NCBI RefSeq assembly: GCF_009914755.1
Contig: NC_060928.1
DNA length: 64,000 nucleotides
Source: the human T2T-CHM13v2.0 reference genome, Homo sapiens
Direction: 5' to 3' (one strand)
The position numbers and the translations under genes were made by a program. How positions within the stretch are numbered: the first letter of the stretch is position 1; each line of letters starts with the position of its first letter. Shown one piece after another: positions 44,521-58,127 of the stretch. Below the pieces are notes generated by a model. It was not told the origin of the DNA and did no database searches. It saw nothing but the letters and a program-made list of their open reading frames with translations.

Positions 44521-45430
44521 CAAATCTTTTCCTTTATTCACTCAAATTATGATCTCCAAAGCTGGACTTTAGTTTCAGAAACTTTGGGTAACAAAGCTGT
44601 GATATATTTAGTTAAGAAAGCACTGTAAACTTTTTCAATAAATTTAATCAAGTAAAGATTTATTAAGATAGTTAAGAATCCAGGAAGAAACCTCATGAAC
44701 CAAATGAATTGAAAGAAGCTCCAAAATATAAATATCTAAAAGGCAGAAAATGTGCCTAACAAAAGAAAGTTTTGAAGTGAGAAAAACAACTTTCTTTAAA
44801 TTGTTACTGGAATTTTTTTTTGCCTCTAATAGCTTTTCAATATTAGCAAGAGAGAGATTAAAAATTAAAAATACATGAAATTTAGACAATGATTTCTGCT
44901 TTTACTTTTTTTCTTTTATAGATCTCATGTTAGACTTGTTGCCAAGAACGTCTGTGCTGTTTAGGGTCAGAAATTTATTTAGAATCTTAAAACTTCATAA
45001 CTAATCTTAGAGGCATTCCCTAAATTAATGTCCATGACAAAGTTTCCAATGACTAGAATCAAAATATCATCCTTCATTTCAAAAGTTTTGGAAATTTCAA
45101 GCAGTTAAACATTTTAAGTAATTATAATAATGAGCTTCTAATAGAGATAAGTGATATTAGGTAGTGGTTGGAGTTTACAGATGACACCTTCATTACACTT
45201 TGGTACATTTGAAAAAGGTTTTTGGTTTTCCTTAACAATATGTAGGTTTGAATAACATATTCTGTAGTGATAAGATTCTGCCTCATAATGCACGTTTATG
45301 TGATTGGAACACGTCTCACAACAGAATCCTGCGGAGCCACTGCTCAAAAGCAACAATTCAGCCTCTGCAACAATAACATTGTCTAAACATTCATATAAAA
45401 AACACTCTGGATAACAGTGTAGAAGCCATT

Positions 45431-45488
45431 CTAAAAATAATTCTCGAAGTTCCATGGAATTAACCCTGCTCCGTTTGAGATCTTGTTT
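45431..45488 (-). other. Candidate alternative terminal exon (5' part)
   Basis: Acceptor ttttatttttacatag|; early stops in phases 1 and 2; several CpGs; minus-strand AATAAA at 44974-44979 and 44659-44664. Confidence 0.3.
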
Positions 45489-48400
45489 CTATGTAAAAAT
45501 AAAACTTAGATTTTCATTACAATAGATAATATTAGAAAAATGTATTTGAAAATAAATTAACAACGTTATCAGTTTGTAGAAGCAAACAAATCTGTAGTTC
45601 TCATGGCAGTCGTATCAGGCAAGACAACCAGAGTTTTAAAGCTATTCTAATTTCCTATAATTCAAGAGATTTAGTAAAACTCGGTAGTAGTTAGCTGTGA
45701 CTTAACCTGCTTCTTATCATAAATGGTCTAAAGTATTTCCATCTCATTTCATTCCTTTTAAAGCAAAAAAAAAAAAAAGCTGTATCTTTTTTTCCATTTC
45801 AGAAAGCATTTCAAACAAAATATTATTTGAATTTTTTGCAAAGCTCATTTTATTTTCCTTGATTTTCAATTTATGCGCATTTTAACCTTTAAATACTTTC
45901 CTGGAACCTTCTTTCTGGTATATCAAAAGCAGAAGTGTAGAGTATTTTATATCATGGCCTTTTTTCCTCTCGAGTCTCAAGCAACAGGGGACTGTTAGAA
46001 TTTATGTAATGTATACATACAGGATGGATTTTGGATCACACCTTTTAAAGTCCTTTCTCCAAAAGTAGATTTTTAAAGGTCTCCAATACTTTCTTTAACA
46101 GACTGGATAAATCAAAGAAACAATTTTAGCTAATTGCTCATTCTTTTTCCTTTTTTATAAAATCCAGTTCATGAGTCAAGGTTTAGGAACTGGGCAAAAT
46201 ATATTATATAGAAAACTGAAGATGAGAACATTCCATCAGTAATGATCCAATAAGTATTTTTTTTCTCAGGGCTGAGATAGATAGCTCATTTATAAATTGT
46301 CTGTTTTTTTAAAGACAGGCTGAATCAAGAACTTAGTGTATCTATCAGTTTTGAAACATGCCCTGAAGCACAAACACAAAGAGAGCAGATCTCAGCAAGA
46401 GGAATGAGGTCTGTGTCACACCTGGCTGTGAGCCTGATGGAAGCTTCAAAGAGGGAAGGAGCTGTTTTCAGGTTGCAGAGAGGGCAAGTCGACTTCATAA
46501 AGCCATTTTTCTAAGCTTTTAAAAAAATTCTTCACCAAAGTTCTAAAAATTTTCTTGATTCTCTAATGTGCCTGAAGCCTGGGAAAAAATTTTACTTGAT
46601 TTTAATTAAAATCTTGTATGTTTTATCAGCAAAATAGGAAAAAATTCTGATGGGAGGTTTCCCTTCCTTTTTCTGCCCATATTCCCTGAATATGCTTTTT
46701 ATGTGTGTGTGTGCTGCATTGTATAGATTTCTTAACATCAAAAATATGTCTCTGGTAGAGATATTTGCTGTATTCCCATTGAAAAATATCTTGAATTCTT
46801 ATAATCAAAAGCTGAGCATAGAAACATGAAGATAAATTCTTCAAAGCATTCATCAAAGAAATGGCTATAAAGTGATAATATTCAGTAAAGTACAGGGGTC
46901 ATGAGTGCTATCACACTCTTAGCTACTTAAGGCCATATTAAAATTTCTTATATTGACACACTTGGAGAACTTGTCTCTCTTTGCAGCCATAGGTCTGGAA
47001 TTAAGATCTCTTGTGGTCTGTTAAGAATGCACCATTATATGAGATCATGTAAACCCTACCCTCACAAAAGAATAACCATACTAGAATGACACAGATCACA
47101 GGAAAATCATAAACCAGGCCATATTTACATACTACAGCTAGAAGATAAGTCAGAAATTTAAAATATAAGACTGTCATCTTTAGTTTTGTCTTGAACCCCA
47201 TGGTCTTCCAATTTCTGCTACTCACACAAGTCTATTACATTTTTCTTTTTCCATCGAAACTTTTTCAAATGATAATGTATACATTCTCCTTAAACTACTT
47301 TCTACTTAAACTATAGCTCTATACAATCTTTTCTCACCTGAACTGCAGGAAATCTGATATCTGAAACACCACCAAACATCCAAATGTATTACTAGTCATG
47401 TCTTAATCCTTATCCTCCAGTTGATATGATTGACAAACCCTTTCCTTTCTATAAGGTTCCACATCTCTTGTTCATATCTTACATACTGTACTCTCATTAT
47501 TGTCATTCTAATTTCTTCACCTTCTCTTTACTATACATTTCCAAAGTTTGTATGGGTTTTCAGTTTTGTTTTTGTTTCTGTTGTTGTTTTTTTGGCTGCT
47601 TGCTTGTTCTCCATTTCCTTAAAAACCATTACACTATCTTCTCATCAATCTTGATACCACTCTTTCATGATCTAGCGGTCTCCAAAGTTTCAATGTGTCA
47701 GTGTAGCTTATCATCACATTTTCATATTTTTTCCTAATTTTTTTCCTTGAGATCCAGCTTTACTTTATAACTACAGGCTGGGGAGCTCTCCCTGAATGTT
47801 TCATGAGCAAATCAAACTTAACATGATGAAAAGGACATCTAAAAGGATATCCTCTTAACCACAAATTCTTCTTGACTTGTCAAGTCTGTAATTGACATCG
47901 ATATCTTCTCAAGCCTCAAGGCTATTCATTACCTCAATGCTCATGCTATTCCATGATCTCTCAGTCAGAAATAAGCCACTGAATTCCCAAGAATTTTTCT
48001 GAACATTTTTGTGATGCTTATCAAGTCTTGATTTACTCTGCTATTTGGCTTCATCTTACATACCTTACTGTGCTAAAAACTTGTCTAATATCATATTTTT
48101 TTCGAACACAGAGTTTCCCCAGAAAGTATTCATATGATGATTGTTATCTAAGTAAATATAATTGATAATTAATTCTGTTCACTCAGAAAGCCACTCATAG
48201 AAGGAATAATTAATTCTGGACTAGTTTAAATGCACAGTCTTTCCTAAAATACCTATGACCATGTGGACCCTGTAGTAGGAACTAGCTTCAGGGAAAGGTG
48301 CAGTTCTCACATTCCAGAAGATTCACTCCAGGGCAGACACCAGGTTAAAAGAAGGATTTTGAATAATAACAGATTTGCTGACCCAGGTTAAAAATATGAA

Positions 48401-48553
48401 TCTGTGCTATTGGCCACATAATTGATTTTAAAGAAAAGGCCCTGCAGTTATTCATTCTTGCTGATATCTCTGAATGGTGAAAACTCATATTTCAACACAA
48501 CCACTGCCAGTCAGGATTCTTCACATCTAATCTTTGGCTCCTATTCATTTTAC

Positions 48554-48578
48554 CTGGTGATGATGACATACTCTTTGT
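48554..48578 (-). CDS. Candidate micro-exon, 25 nt (KEYVIIT in phase 1 or TKSMSSSP in phase 0)
   Basis: Strong acceptor gctgtttatttttctttcag|, donor CCAG|gtaaaa; open in all three frames. Confidence 0.55.
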
Positions 48579-49130
48579 CTGAAAGAAAAATAAACAGCTA
48601 AGTCAATGTCTTTCTGAAAAGGATTAAGAGCATAATTATATGGCAGAATGGGAGTGAATGGATGGATTCCATCATCTCACTGTGTAGGTGAAAAGTACAA
48701 AGGCTAAAGCAGGAATTTAAGGAAGAGTGAAGGCCCTTAACAGAACTGACATAACTCGAAGGGGCAGTTATTTACATGAGTAAATCTAAAAGACAAGTGC
48801 AAGTTCACAAGACACTTCAAAATAACAGAACCATGTGGCAACTTGCTGAATACTTGAAAATAACAGTTTAGTAAAACAAAAATAATTCAGTTTTTCAGAT
48901 TGTGAGTTATCTGCATTAAATACATTAAGTCAAAAATGTCTTACTGTTTCTCAAATGATTTTCAAATATTAGTCATCAGTATAAAGGATAGCATATTCAT
49001 ATTATAAAATATTAATTTGGATTTCATAAGCAGTAAAGATGTCTGTATCTGTATCAGCGTCTGAGATGCTGTTATATATAGCATGATAGCAGATGTGACA
49101 TTTAGGGGAACACAAAACATCTAAAATGCT

Positions 49131-49144
49131 GTTTCCATGGCAAC
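49131..49144. promoter_or_regulatory. RFX X-box motif GTTTCCATGGCAAC
   Basis: 13/14 match to the palindromic RFX site GTTGCCATGGCAAC, in apparently non-repeat DNA. Confidence 0.55.
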
Positions 49145-50045
49145 AGTTTATAAAAGAGAATACAGGGACTTAATAAGCTAAGACAATTTTAAATTCAAAA
49201 GAAGCATATTTGACTTTTAGTCACTAAATTATGAAATAAAATTTTTTTCTGTATAAATTATTCTTTGAAATACATAAGGAAAAGCTTGCTGCCATTGCAT
49301 TTAGTGACCTCCAGGAGAAATTTATTAATTTATATCTAGGACAATAACACTGAAATGCTTTTGAATCTTCTTACTTCTCAGCAGATGGTCTGTAGCACGA
49401 TAATTTCATGTTCAGTAGGCATAGACATTTGCACTGCCCACTTGGATTTTAAAGACCAGGCTACATTCTTAATTTTTCATCTTAAACACAAATTAATATT
49501 CAGTTCAATAAATGTACAAGGCTTTGAATTAGATAATGAAGAAAATGGAGAAATCAGTGCTTATCTAGTAAGAAATAAAAGACAAAGGCTACCAATAATA
49601 AAGTACAGCTCAAAAGACATCAAGTTCCTAGTATGGAACTATCATAGTAGAAAGATCAAGACATTGCTACGGACTAATAATTAAATCAAATCAGCCTTCA
49701 TGGAGGAGGTTGTAGTTAAACTGAACCTTAGCAGATATGATGGGATTTGAAGAGGTAGAGATGCAGGTAAGTATATTTCGCAGATGGTCTTATAGTACCG
49801 ACAAAAAAAAAAAATGGCTCATTGGAAAAATGGTTTAATTAGGAGTAAATAATGGAAAGCATTACAGAAGAAAATTTAAGCCTTGAAAATTATAGACAGT
49901 AAATCTTGGTTAAATTGAATGTAATTCATTGAATCTAATTGAAATGAATTAAAGGTTTGGGTAGTCATTGCTCCTGGAAGATTTTGGAGGTCAAACTATG
50001 CAATTTATTCTGTTGGAAGGTAATTTGCTCATTTAATACATATTT

Positions 50046-50097
50046 GGCTGGGACTGGTGGCTGGCACCTGTAATCCCACCACTTTGAGAGGCCAAAG
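50046..50097 (+). mobile_element. Alu/FLAM 5' fragment
   Basis: ggctgggactggtggctggcacctgtaatcccaccactttgagaggccaa. Confidence 0.8.
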
Positions 50098-50612
50098 TGT
50101 CTTTAGACTCAGCAACTTATTGGGGGCCACATGATGGAGGATGTGGTGATGGAGGCAAATAATTAAAAAAAGAGAAGCTTTGGGGGACAATTAGATATGA
50201 TTTTGCCACCTTGATTTCAGGGATTCTCAAGGTGACTCATGGATGCTCTGAAGAAGATCTTCAGCAAAGAGTTAAAAATATGAAGCTGGACATCAAGGAA
50301 ATGTTTACCTGTTGACTATGAGCCAACCTTAGAGATATACTCAACTCCATCAGAATGAATAGCAACCATTACTAGAAGGAGAACAGAGACCAATGAGAAA
50401 ATAAATAACATTAAAAAGGCATTAGGAAGAGAAAATGTACGAATAAAACAAGATGAAAAGTAATTACAAAAGAATTAAAAGTTTTCCATGCCATGAAAGC
50501 CCTAAGTGGCATCCCATTAAAAATTGACATCATAATACGACTGCGTATTATTTATGACACCAAGAACTATATTTTTAATGAAAGCAATTATTTTACTTAA
50601 TCATAAATTGTC

Positions 50613-50929
50613 GGCCGGGTGCGGTGGCTCACACCTGTAATCCAAGCACTTTGGGAGACCAAGGCAGGTGGATCACGAGGTCAGGAGATCGAGACCACAC
50701 TGGCTAACACGGTGAAACCCCGTCTCTACTAAAAATACGAAAAATAGCCAGGTGTGGTGGCGGGCACCTGTAGTCCCAGCTACTCAGGAGGCTGAGGCAG
50801 GAGAATGGCATGAAATTGGGAGGCAGAGCTTGCAGTGAGCCAAGATTGCACCACTGCACTCCAGTCTGGGCAACGGAGCGAGACTTCGTCTCAAAAAATA
50901 AATAAATAAATAAATAAATAAATGAATAA
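50613..50929 (+). mobile_element. AluY with (TAAA)n tail and 10-bp TSD
   Basis: Diagnostic gatcacgaggtcaggagatcgagacc, ggctaacacggtg, gagaatggc, gagcttgcag; TSD ATAAATTGTC at 50603-50612 and 50930-50939. Confidence 0.95.
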
Positions 50930-50939
50930 ATAAATTGTC

Positions 50940-50973
50940 AAAGACAAGAAGTCAAGATTGACTTCTTGTCTTT
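50940..50973. repeat. Perfect 16-bp inverted repeat with 2-nt spacer
   Basis: AAAGACAAGAAGTCAA-GA-TTGACTTCTTGTCTTT. Confidence 0.97.
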
Positions 50974-52035
50974 CACCTTCCATATCTGCTCTTTCACCAA
51001 ACTTTGTTAAATATACCTTTGAAATCCAGTAAATTTCATCTAATATGTTGGATACTTGCATTCCAATAAAGAGTAGCCTGGGAACATAAATTATAATTAA
51101 AAATAGATTAAATATTTCACTTTTTCTAAAACAGAGAGAATTCTAAAATTTTCATCGGAACTGGTTTTTAAATATGATAATCAGTTTTAATAACCTTAGT
51201 GTGGCAGACTAACTAAAACTACTGTGGATACATGAGTTTGCATAAATGGAGCTCACATAAATGAATTTTCAACTAAACTAGCTTAAACACACTTGTACTC
51301 TTAAGCCAAAACTGTATAACTGAGATATTAATTGAAATTAATTGTAAACATGAGTTTACATCAAATGAAATGTGGCATAAATGCAGCCTTTTAATTATAA
51401 GATTGGATAAATTTGTTTTCAAAAACTTATAAAAATGCTTTTCCATTAAACTAGTTCAGTTTTAAAAACAACAGATTTTTTTTTAAAGTGAGAGTGTACA
51501 TGTTTTTGTAAAAGCAAAATTTTATGTATGTACTTTCCATTCATACTAGCTTAGAAATGGCAGCTTTTTCAGTTGAATTAAAATGTAAGGTTTCAGAATA
51601 AACTTACTAACAATTTCTCTCAAAAATAGTTTAAAATATGGCAATATGGCTTTAAAAACAATAGATGAATCATATTTAGAAAAAATAAATTTTAAAGTAA
51701 TTTCCAAATACATGATTTAATCTACACAAGCTTAAATAAGGTTAATCATATGCATTTCCTTCCTTCCTTTTATATTGCCACTGCCAAAGTTGACCACAGT
51801 GCCTAACATAATGTGTGGTATAGAGTAAGTGCTCAATAATGCTTATTGAACCAATGAATACACTGTTTTCCTCTCCTATTCTCTATTTATTCTCACAGAC
51901 TGCTCTGCTATGTGTATCATTATTTGATGGACTCAAAATATATCTGATGTATCTGTTAATTTCTTTATTTAACGCTTCATTAGAATTTATTGGTTTAATT
52001 TTCTTTGTCATGTTTTCTTTATAATATTCAGATAC

Positions 52036-52572
52036 GGTATTAGTCAAGGTTACCTACAGAGGCAGGACTAATAAGATAGATGTATATATGAAGGCGAGTT
52101 TATTTAGGAGGACTGACTTACACGATCACAAGGTGAAATCCCACAATAGGCCGTCTGCAAGCTGAGGCCTAAGGAAGCTAGTCCGAGTCCCAAAACTTCA
52201 AAAGTAGGGAAGCCAAAAGTTCAGTCTGTGGCCAAAGGCCCGAGAGCCCCTGGCAAATCACTGGTGTAAGTTCAAGAGTCCAAAAGCTGAAGAACTAGGA
52301 GTTCCATGTTCAAGGGCAGGAAGCCTTCAGCATGGGAGAAAGAGGAAAGCCGGAAGACTCAGCCAGTCTGCTCTTTGCATCTTCTGCCTGCTTTATTCTA
52401 CCTGCGCTGGCAGCTGGTTAGACGGTGCCCACCCAGACTGAGAGTGGGTCTGCCTCTCCCGGTACACTGACTCAAATGTTTATCTCCTTTGACAACACCC
52501 TCACAGACACACCCAAGAACAATACTTTGCATCTTCCAATTCAATCAAGTTGACGCTCGATATTAACTGTCA
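52036..52572 (-). mobile_element. MLT2B-type solo LTR
   Basis: gtattagtcaaggtt...gggtctgcctctccc...cactgactcaaatgtt...caacaccctcacagacacaccc...caagttgac...tattaactgtcac. Confidence 0.92.
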
Positions 52573-53059
52573 CTGGTATGTTGCTTCTCAATAGCTTTAG
52601 GTGCTTTACGTTTTGTCACCTCAACAAATGAAAAATTTTTGAAGGCAAGGACCTGTTTTGCCTTTTGTATGTGTAGCTTCACACTGCACTTTGCGTGCAC
52701 TTCATTTCCACTTGGTAAACACCAGTTATAAAATTATTCAAACAAAAAAAATTGTTTTCAAACTTCCATAATCAAATTTGCATTTATCTTGAACAATTAG
52801 GTACATAGTTATTTGTAGAGCTGCATTGTAGGCTATGTACTTCTTAGACTTATTGGAACTGTACTCCCAGACTTGTAGATATTACCTGATGAAAATATTA
52901 CACTAAGTATTAATATATTCCCATGTTAGACTTGCCTTTTTAATATTCTTTATACCTTTAGATGTCTCTGTTGCACTGAACTAGAGGAGAAAATACTCTA
53001 GTAAAATTTTAGCATATGTATGAATTTCCCTTTTAGATATTCATTTATTTAACCATAAC

Positions 53060-54020
53060 TCGCTTGTTCATTTAGTCAACAAACATGAATATCCACTCTG
53101 TGCCAAGTACTATTGTAGCGACTAAAGAATGAGATACAGCAATAAACAAAATTATGTTCCTGCTATGCTAATGCTTATGTTCTAGCGAGTATATGGAAAA
53201 TAATCAAGCAAAGAAAAATACATATCTAAAACATGGGGTTGATAATAACTGCCACACAAAAAAGAAAACAGAGGAAGAGAAGTAAAAATACCAAGGGAAA
53301 GCAAGGTATTGCAGTTTCATTAAGGGTGTTCAGTGAAGGCCTTAAATGAGATAGCATTTGTGCAGACATCTAAGGAGGTGAAGGAGTAAGGCATGTGTAT
53401 ATCTGGAAAGGAGTATTTCAAACTGTGAGAACAGAAAAGACTTAAGGGAGGCACATGCTTAGCGTGTGCAAGGAACAGAAAAAAAAAAAAAACTGAAGGG
53501 TAGGGATAAATGGGGTACAGCAATCAAGGGGAGAGTACAGGACAATAAAACCAGAGAAGTACCAGCAGAAGGACCCTAGAGGTCATGGTACAGACTGGGA
53601 TTTTACTTTGAATGAGACAGAATGTCTTGAAAAATATTGTAGAATACCTCTGCCTTTAGGGTGCCAAAAAGATCATAGGGAGCATGAGTAGAAGCAGAAA
53701 AACAGGTTAAAAGATTTCAGTTTAGGTACAGATAACGGTGGCCTAGAATGGGGTTGTTTATGCTAGCTTTTGTGTACACTTCCAAAACCAAACAAGCAAA
53801 TCATGGAGAGCTGAGAAGAGTGGATGAATTATATATGAGTTGTGACAGAAAGAGAGGAGTCAAGGATGACTCCAAAAGTTTATGGCTTGAGAAAATGGAA
53901 AAATGAATTTGCAATATTATGGATGAAATCGAATTGTAGGAAATTTTAAACTTCAGAAATATTAAGTTTGTGAAGGCTATTAAGCATTCAAATGAGAATG
54001 TCAAAGAGGGAGTTGGATTC
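53060..54020 (-). mobile_element. L2 fragment
   Basis: ttcatttagtcaacaaacat...gaaggagtaaggcatgtgtatatctgg...gaggagtcaaggatgactcc. Confidence 0.85.
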
Positions 54021-55869
54021 AAGAAGCTTCTTCACTAAACTCCTCTTTTCTTTCCAAAATTAAGCTCATGTATCTTAATGCAAAATTATAATATGTGACT
54101 GATGAGACTAAGCTTTGTTCAATGAAAGCCCATATTTCAATAGCTGTTATTAGAATATTATATGTTAAACTGTGTTTATAATTGAAATGTCTTCAGTTTT
54201 CCATTTTAGGAAAGGGTTTTCTAACAGAAGTTGGTTGTGTAAGCTTTTGAGGCAAACTCTTTTCTGAAAGCCAAAATATCATCTAAAACCATCTCTATGA
54301 ACTGGATCTTCATATTAATCCTCTTCACAGATAGAGAATTTACGTTGTGTTACTGAATGCCAGATGTAAGGCTGGCACACTTTCCCTGTCAACAATGATT
54401 ATTGTCATTTAATTCGGTATTTATTCTGAGACTTGCTCTGTGAGCAGATCTCACAGGGAAAACTCTTAATGTCACAGACCTACTGCTCTGGTGTTATACA
54501 CTTCCTGAAAATTCACATAGGTCTGGGCCCTGTGTTTCCTTCCTAATCCCCTTATGCTAGGCTAAGAGAGTATTTTCCAGAAACTGTTTATAAGGTCTGT
54601 AACTTCTGTGCCTGTGTTTCTCAAACTTATGTTTCTTGGAGTGCCTTTGTTTTAATTGGAGACCATTTTAGGGCTTGAGCAACTTCTCTTAGAGCTACTT
54701 GCTGCTGTGGTTTGTCTTACATTTGTAGGCTTGCTGTCAGCCAAGATGTCAGAACTAGTGGTCCCAAGGCAATATGCTGCTGAAACATTCTCCCACTTTC
54801 TTGTTTACAAATCTTCTCCTTCCACTTGACACAGTGCAGTTATGTGTTTCTCATGGTTTTGTTCATGTTTCTTATATGAATGACCTGGTTGGCATAGCTG
54901 CTTTCAATAAAATAGAGTAGTCTACATGAGACACCCAACGTCAGACTGGCTTGCTACTTTAATTCCCATTGCAGCCATCAAAATGAAAACATGTCTGTCG
55001 GCCAGAGGAAATCAACAAACATACAATAGGAAAGCAAAATATTTTCTCTACTATTTTCTCTTCACTTGGAAATAGAAAAGGAGGTTATAACTTGCTAATC
55101 TCTGTGGCTCTGTTGTAACAACTGAATCACTCTCTGGGGAGACACAGACTCCTGTTGGAGAAACACTGTGATAATCAATGGTTTAAATGTCCTTAGCTGA
55201 CTGAAATGAAGAACAATCAGCCATTCCAACTTTGCTGTTTCCTGAAGGTTCCTTGCTTCTCAATCCTTAATGCTTTTGCAGTTGAAGTTATCCCTAATGG
55301 TTCATCCTTCCCTTTCACCTCTCTACTTCCTTCTTTTTGATCAAGCATCAGCTGAATTCTCATCTACTCTGGGACATTTGTCTTACTGCTCTGCTTCAAT
55401 CTGACATGCTGTGTATTGAATAACCTGACCCTGAGAAAGTCTGCTACACATATGCCTTCATCTACACTTCCTGTGCACAGATTCTTGTCAGTCATGGTCA
55501 AATTCTGGACCATGTGGCTATAATATGCTTTTATTTTTTCAACCCAGCCATACAATTAGACCAGGGGTATGCACAAGGCTCAAAGGCAGCCAAAACATCA
55601 GTTTTACAAGGATCCTTGATGTTCCAATGAATGTGAAATGTTAAATGGGACTATCAGACTCTTCTCTACAATTTTTAATAAAAGAAATACAGAGAGGTGA
55701 GGTGATTGACAAAGCTCACTCAAGAAGTACTTTATGTTATAAAAAAAGACCCAGAAGGGCCTTGATGGACCATGATAAGACAAAGTTTTGAAAAAGCAGA
55801 AATAAGAGAAGAAGCTTATTTGCAGATAGAGAAGAGAGTGGACTTGATGTACAGAAAGAACCAAAAACA

Positions 55870-56178
55870 GTCCAGGTGCAGTGGCTTATGCCTGTACTCC
55901 CAGTAATTTGGGAGGCCGAGGCTAGAGGATCACTTGAGTCTCGGACTTCAAGACCAGATGGGCCAACATGGCAAAACCCCATCTCTATGAAAACTGCAAA
56001 AATTAGCTCGCTGTGGTGTCGTGTGCCTGTAGTTTTAGCTACTCAGGAGGCTGAGGTGGGAGGATCACCTGAGCCTGGGGAGGTGAAGGCTGCAGTGAAC
56101 CATGATTTTGTCACTGCACTCCAGCCTGGGTGACAAAGTGAGACTCTGTCTCAAAAATAATAATAATAAAAAAAACTA
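55870..56178 (+). mobile_element. AluJ
   Basis: gaggatcacttgag...gaggtgggaggatcacctgagcctggggaggtgaaggctgcagtgaaccatgat. Confidence 0.95.
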
Positions 56179-56649
56179 AACAGAGCTCACTGTGGAGAGA
56201 TGGAGATAGATGGGGCAGCCAAGTCCAATTCCAATTCCAGGAGATGTGATTGACAGTAAGTGGCAGTTGCTTGAGATAGCTAGGACAAGGCACTCTTCTT
56301 TACGTGCAAATGCCTATCAAGAGTTCCATGAATATCTCCTTTGTACACTCATCCTGCTCCATCTCTAACTTAGTTGTCAGTGTCTTTCAGAAGACTGTTA
56401 CTGTTGTGAGAAAGAGATCTCAGTCATTCTGACTTAATCTATATATCTAACAGGCTCTCAATAAACATTTGGCCACTGTACCAGGGCTAGCGCAAAAATG
56501 TCATGGCAAGCTAGAACTTTCAAATCTATCTGTCTTCATTGACAGACTTTTAAGACTTTTCAGAATAAGAAAAGCATTGACTGAATGCTAAGAATATTCC
56601 TACTCTAAAGCATTGTGTTATGTCTAGCTCATGCTAGAATTTAAGGCCT

Positions 56650-57480
56650 CCCTTTCTCTATCTATTAGACCTAATTAATTACCAAATCTGATTCTTTCTC
56701 TGACTCTAAATACCTGTCTCATTTCCTTCCCACTACCGGACCTCACAGTACTTCCCTTAATTCAGGCCACTATTTTCATCCAGATCAGTTACCACTATCT
56801 TCTCACATGTCTTCCGGCCTCAGTTGTGACCCCCTCAAGTTAATTTTTTCATTCTGCCACCAGAAGATTCTTAAACACAAGTCTGATCATTGCACTCCAG
56901 TACATAAAATCTTGCAAGGCCAATCCCCCTTGTTTGTAGGATAAAATACAAATTCCTTTATACAGCAGACAAGGTCCTTCATGACCTGACACTCGTCCTC
57001 TTCAGCATCATTTCTTTTCATTATTATTTCTTTCCCTCTGCCTTTCTCTGTTCCAGCCCAACTAGCTCTTTTGGTTCCTTGAATATATCATGTTTTTCTC
57101 AACTCTGAAACCTCAAGCATGCTATTTCCTTGGCCTGGAACTCTGTCTGCCACAAACTCCAATGTCCTTAAAACACACATATTTCATCTGAGTCAGGCTG
57201 AGTCATCCTTCAGTATAAGCTCAGATACTTCTTCCTCAAGTGTTTCAATTACTACCTTATTCAGTCCCAAATTGAAGCTGGGTTTTGCTTCTGCACGCTT
57301 CTAAAAACCTTCTTGTATTTATAATATTATATTTGGCTGTAATACTCACTTTTTATATTATAAACTCATTATAAATAGGAACTCTATATAATGTCTAACC
57401 ATGTTATCTGTAGCATCTAATGCAAAGCAAAGACACATAGTGGGCAATCATTAAATACTTTTTTAATTGAATGAAGTAGA
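56650..57480 (+). mobile_element. L2 fragment
   Basis: aaacacaagtctgatcattgcactcc...aggataaaatacaaattcctt...cacatagtgggcaatcattaaatact...aattgaatgaa. Confidence 0.85.
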
Positions 57481-58047
57481 ACACCAGGATTCATTTGTAC
57501 AGAGAGCAAGATAGGTATACATGCTGGCATATGACAGAATGATAAATAGACAAGCGTTAAGAATCTGGAGTTTTTGTGAGACAGGAAGCATAGTAAGATT
57601 TCTCTGTGTATTTCCCTCCAGGAGTGATTCAGAGCAGGAGGATAGGAAAGGAGGATCCTATCTATTCTAAAAGACTGCCCCCAGTTCAGGATTACTTCAC
57701 TCAGTCTATGGGCTAGTAAATAGATTGCATTTAAAGTAGGAATTTGTAATGTTTCGACAAATACAGAGAAATCCAAATGAAGAAAAGACAGAATGGTTTC
57801 TACTGGTATTGGAAAGGCTTATTTTCACTACTACATTTGTCCAAACCCTACAGATTAGTGATTAACTGAGAAATTAGTTTTGTCCTTCTTGTGTTCTAGA
57901 ATAAGGTGAATAAACAATCACAAATAAAGTTTTGTCTCAAGATTTTAATTGTTCTACTGTTCCCACAGTATATGCCATTGTATTTTTAAAATATCCCACT
58001 TTCGTAAAATTGCAATAATAGCAACTAATCTTATAGATGGAGAAAAT

Positions 58048-58127
58048 ATAGGTTGGTACAAAAGTAATTGTGGCTTTTGCCATTATAAGTAATAATAAAA
58101 ATCACAATTACTTTTGCAACAACCTAA
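58048..58127. mobile_element. MADE1 (Hsmar1 mariner MITE)
   Basis: taggttggtacaaaagtaattgtgg...cacaattacttttgcaacaacctaa; 80-bp near-palindrome. Confidence 0.95.

Noticed and set aside
45138-45455. 105-aa Cys-rich ORF as a stand-alone gene
   Set aside because: No recognisable domain or promoter; kept only as one possible frame of a candidate terminal exon.
54210-54238. 29-nt plus-strand exon-like segment (ttttag|...|gtaagc)
   Set aside because: Isolated; no compatible plus-strand partners identified.
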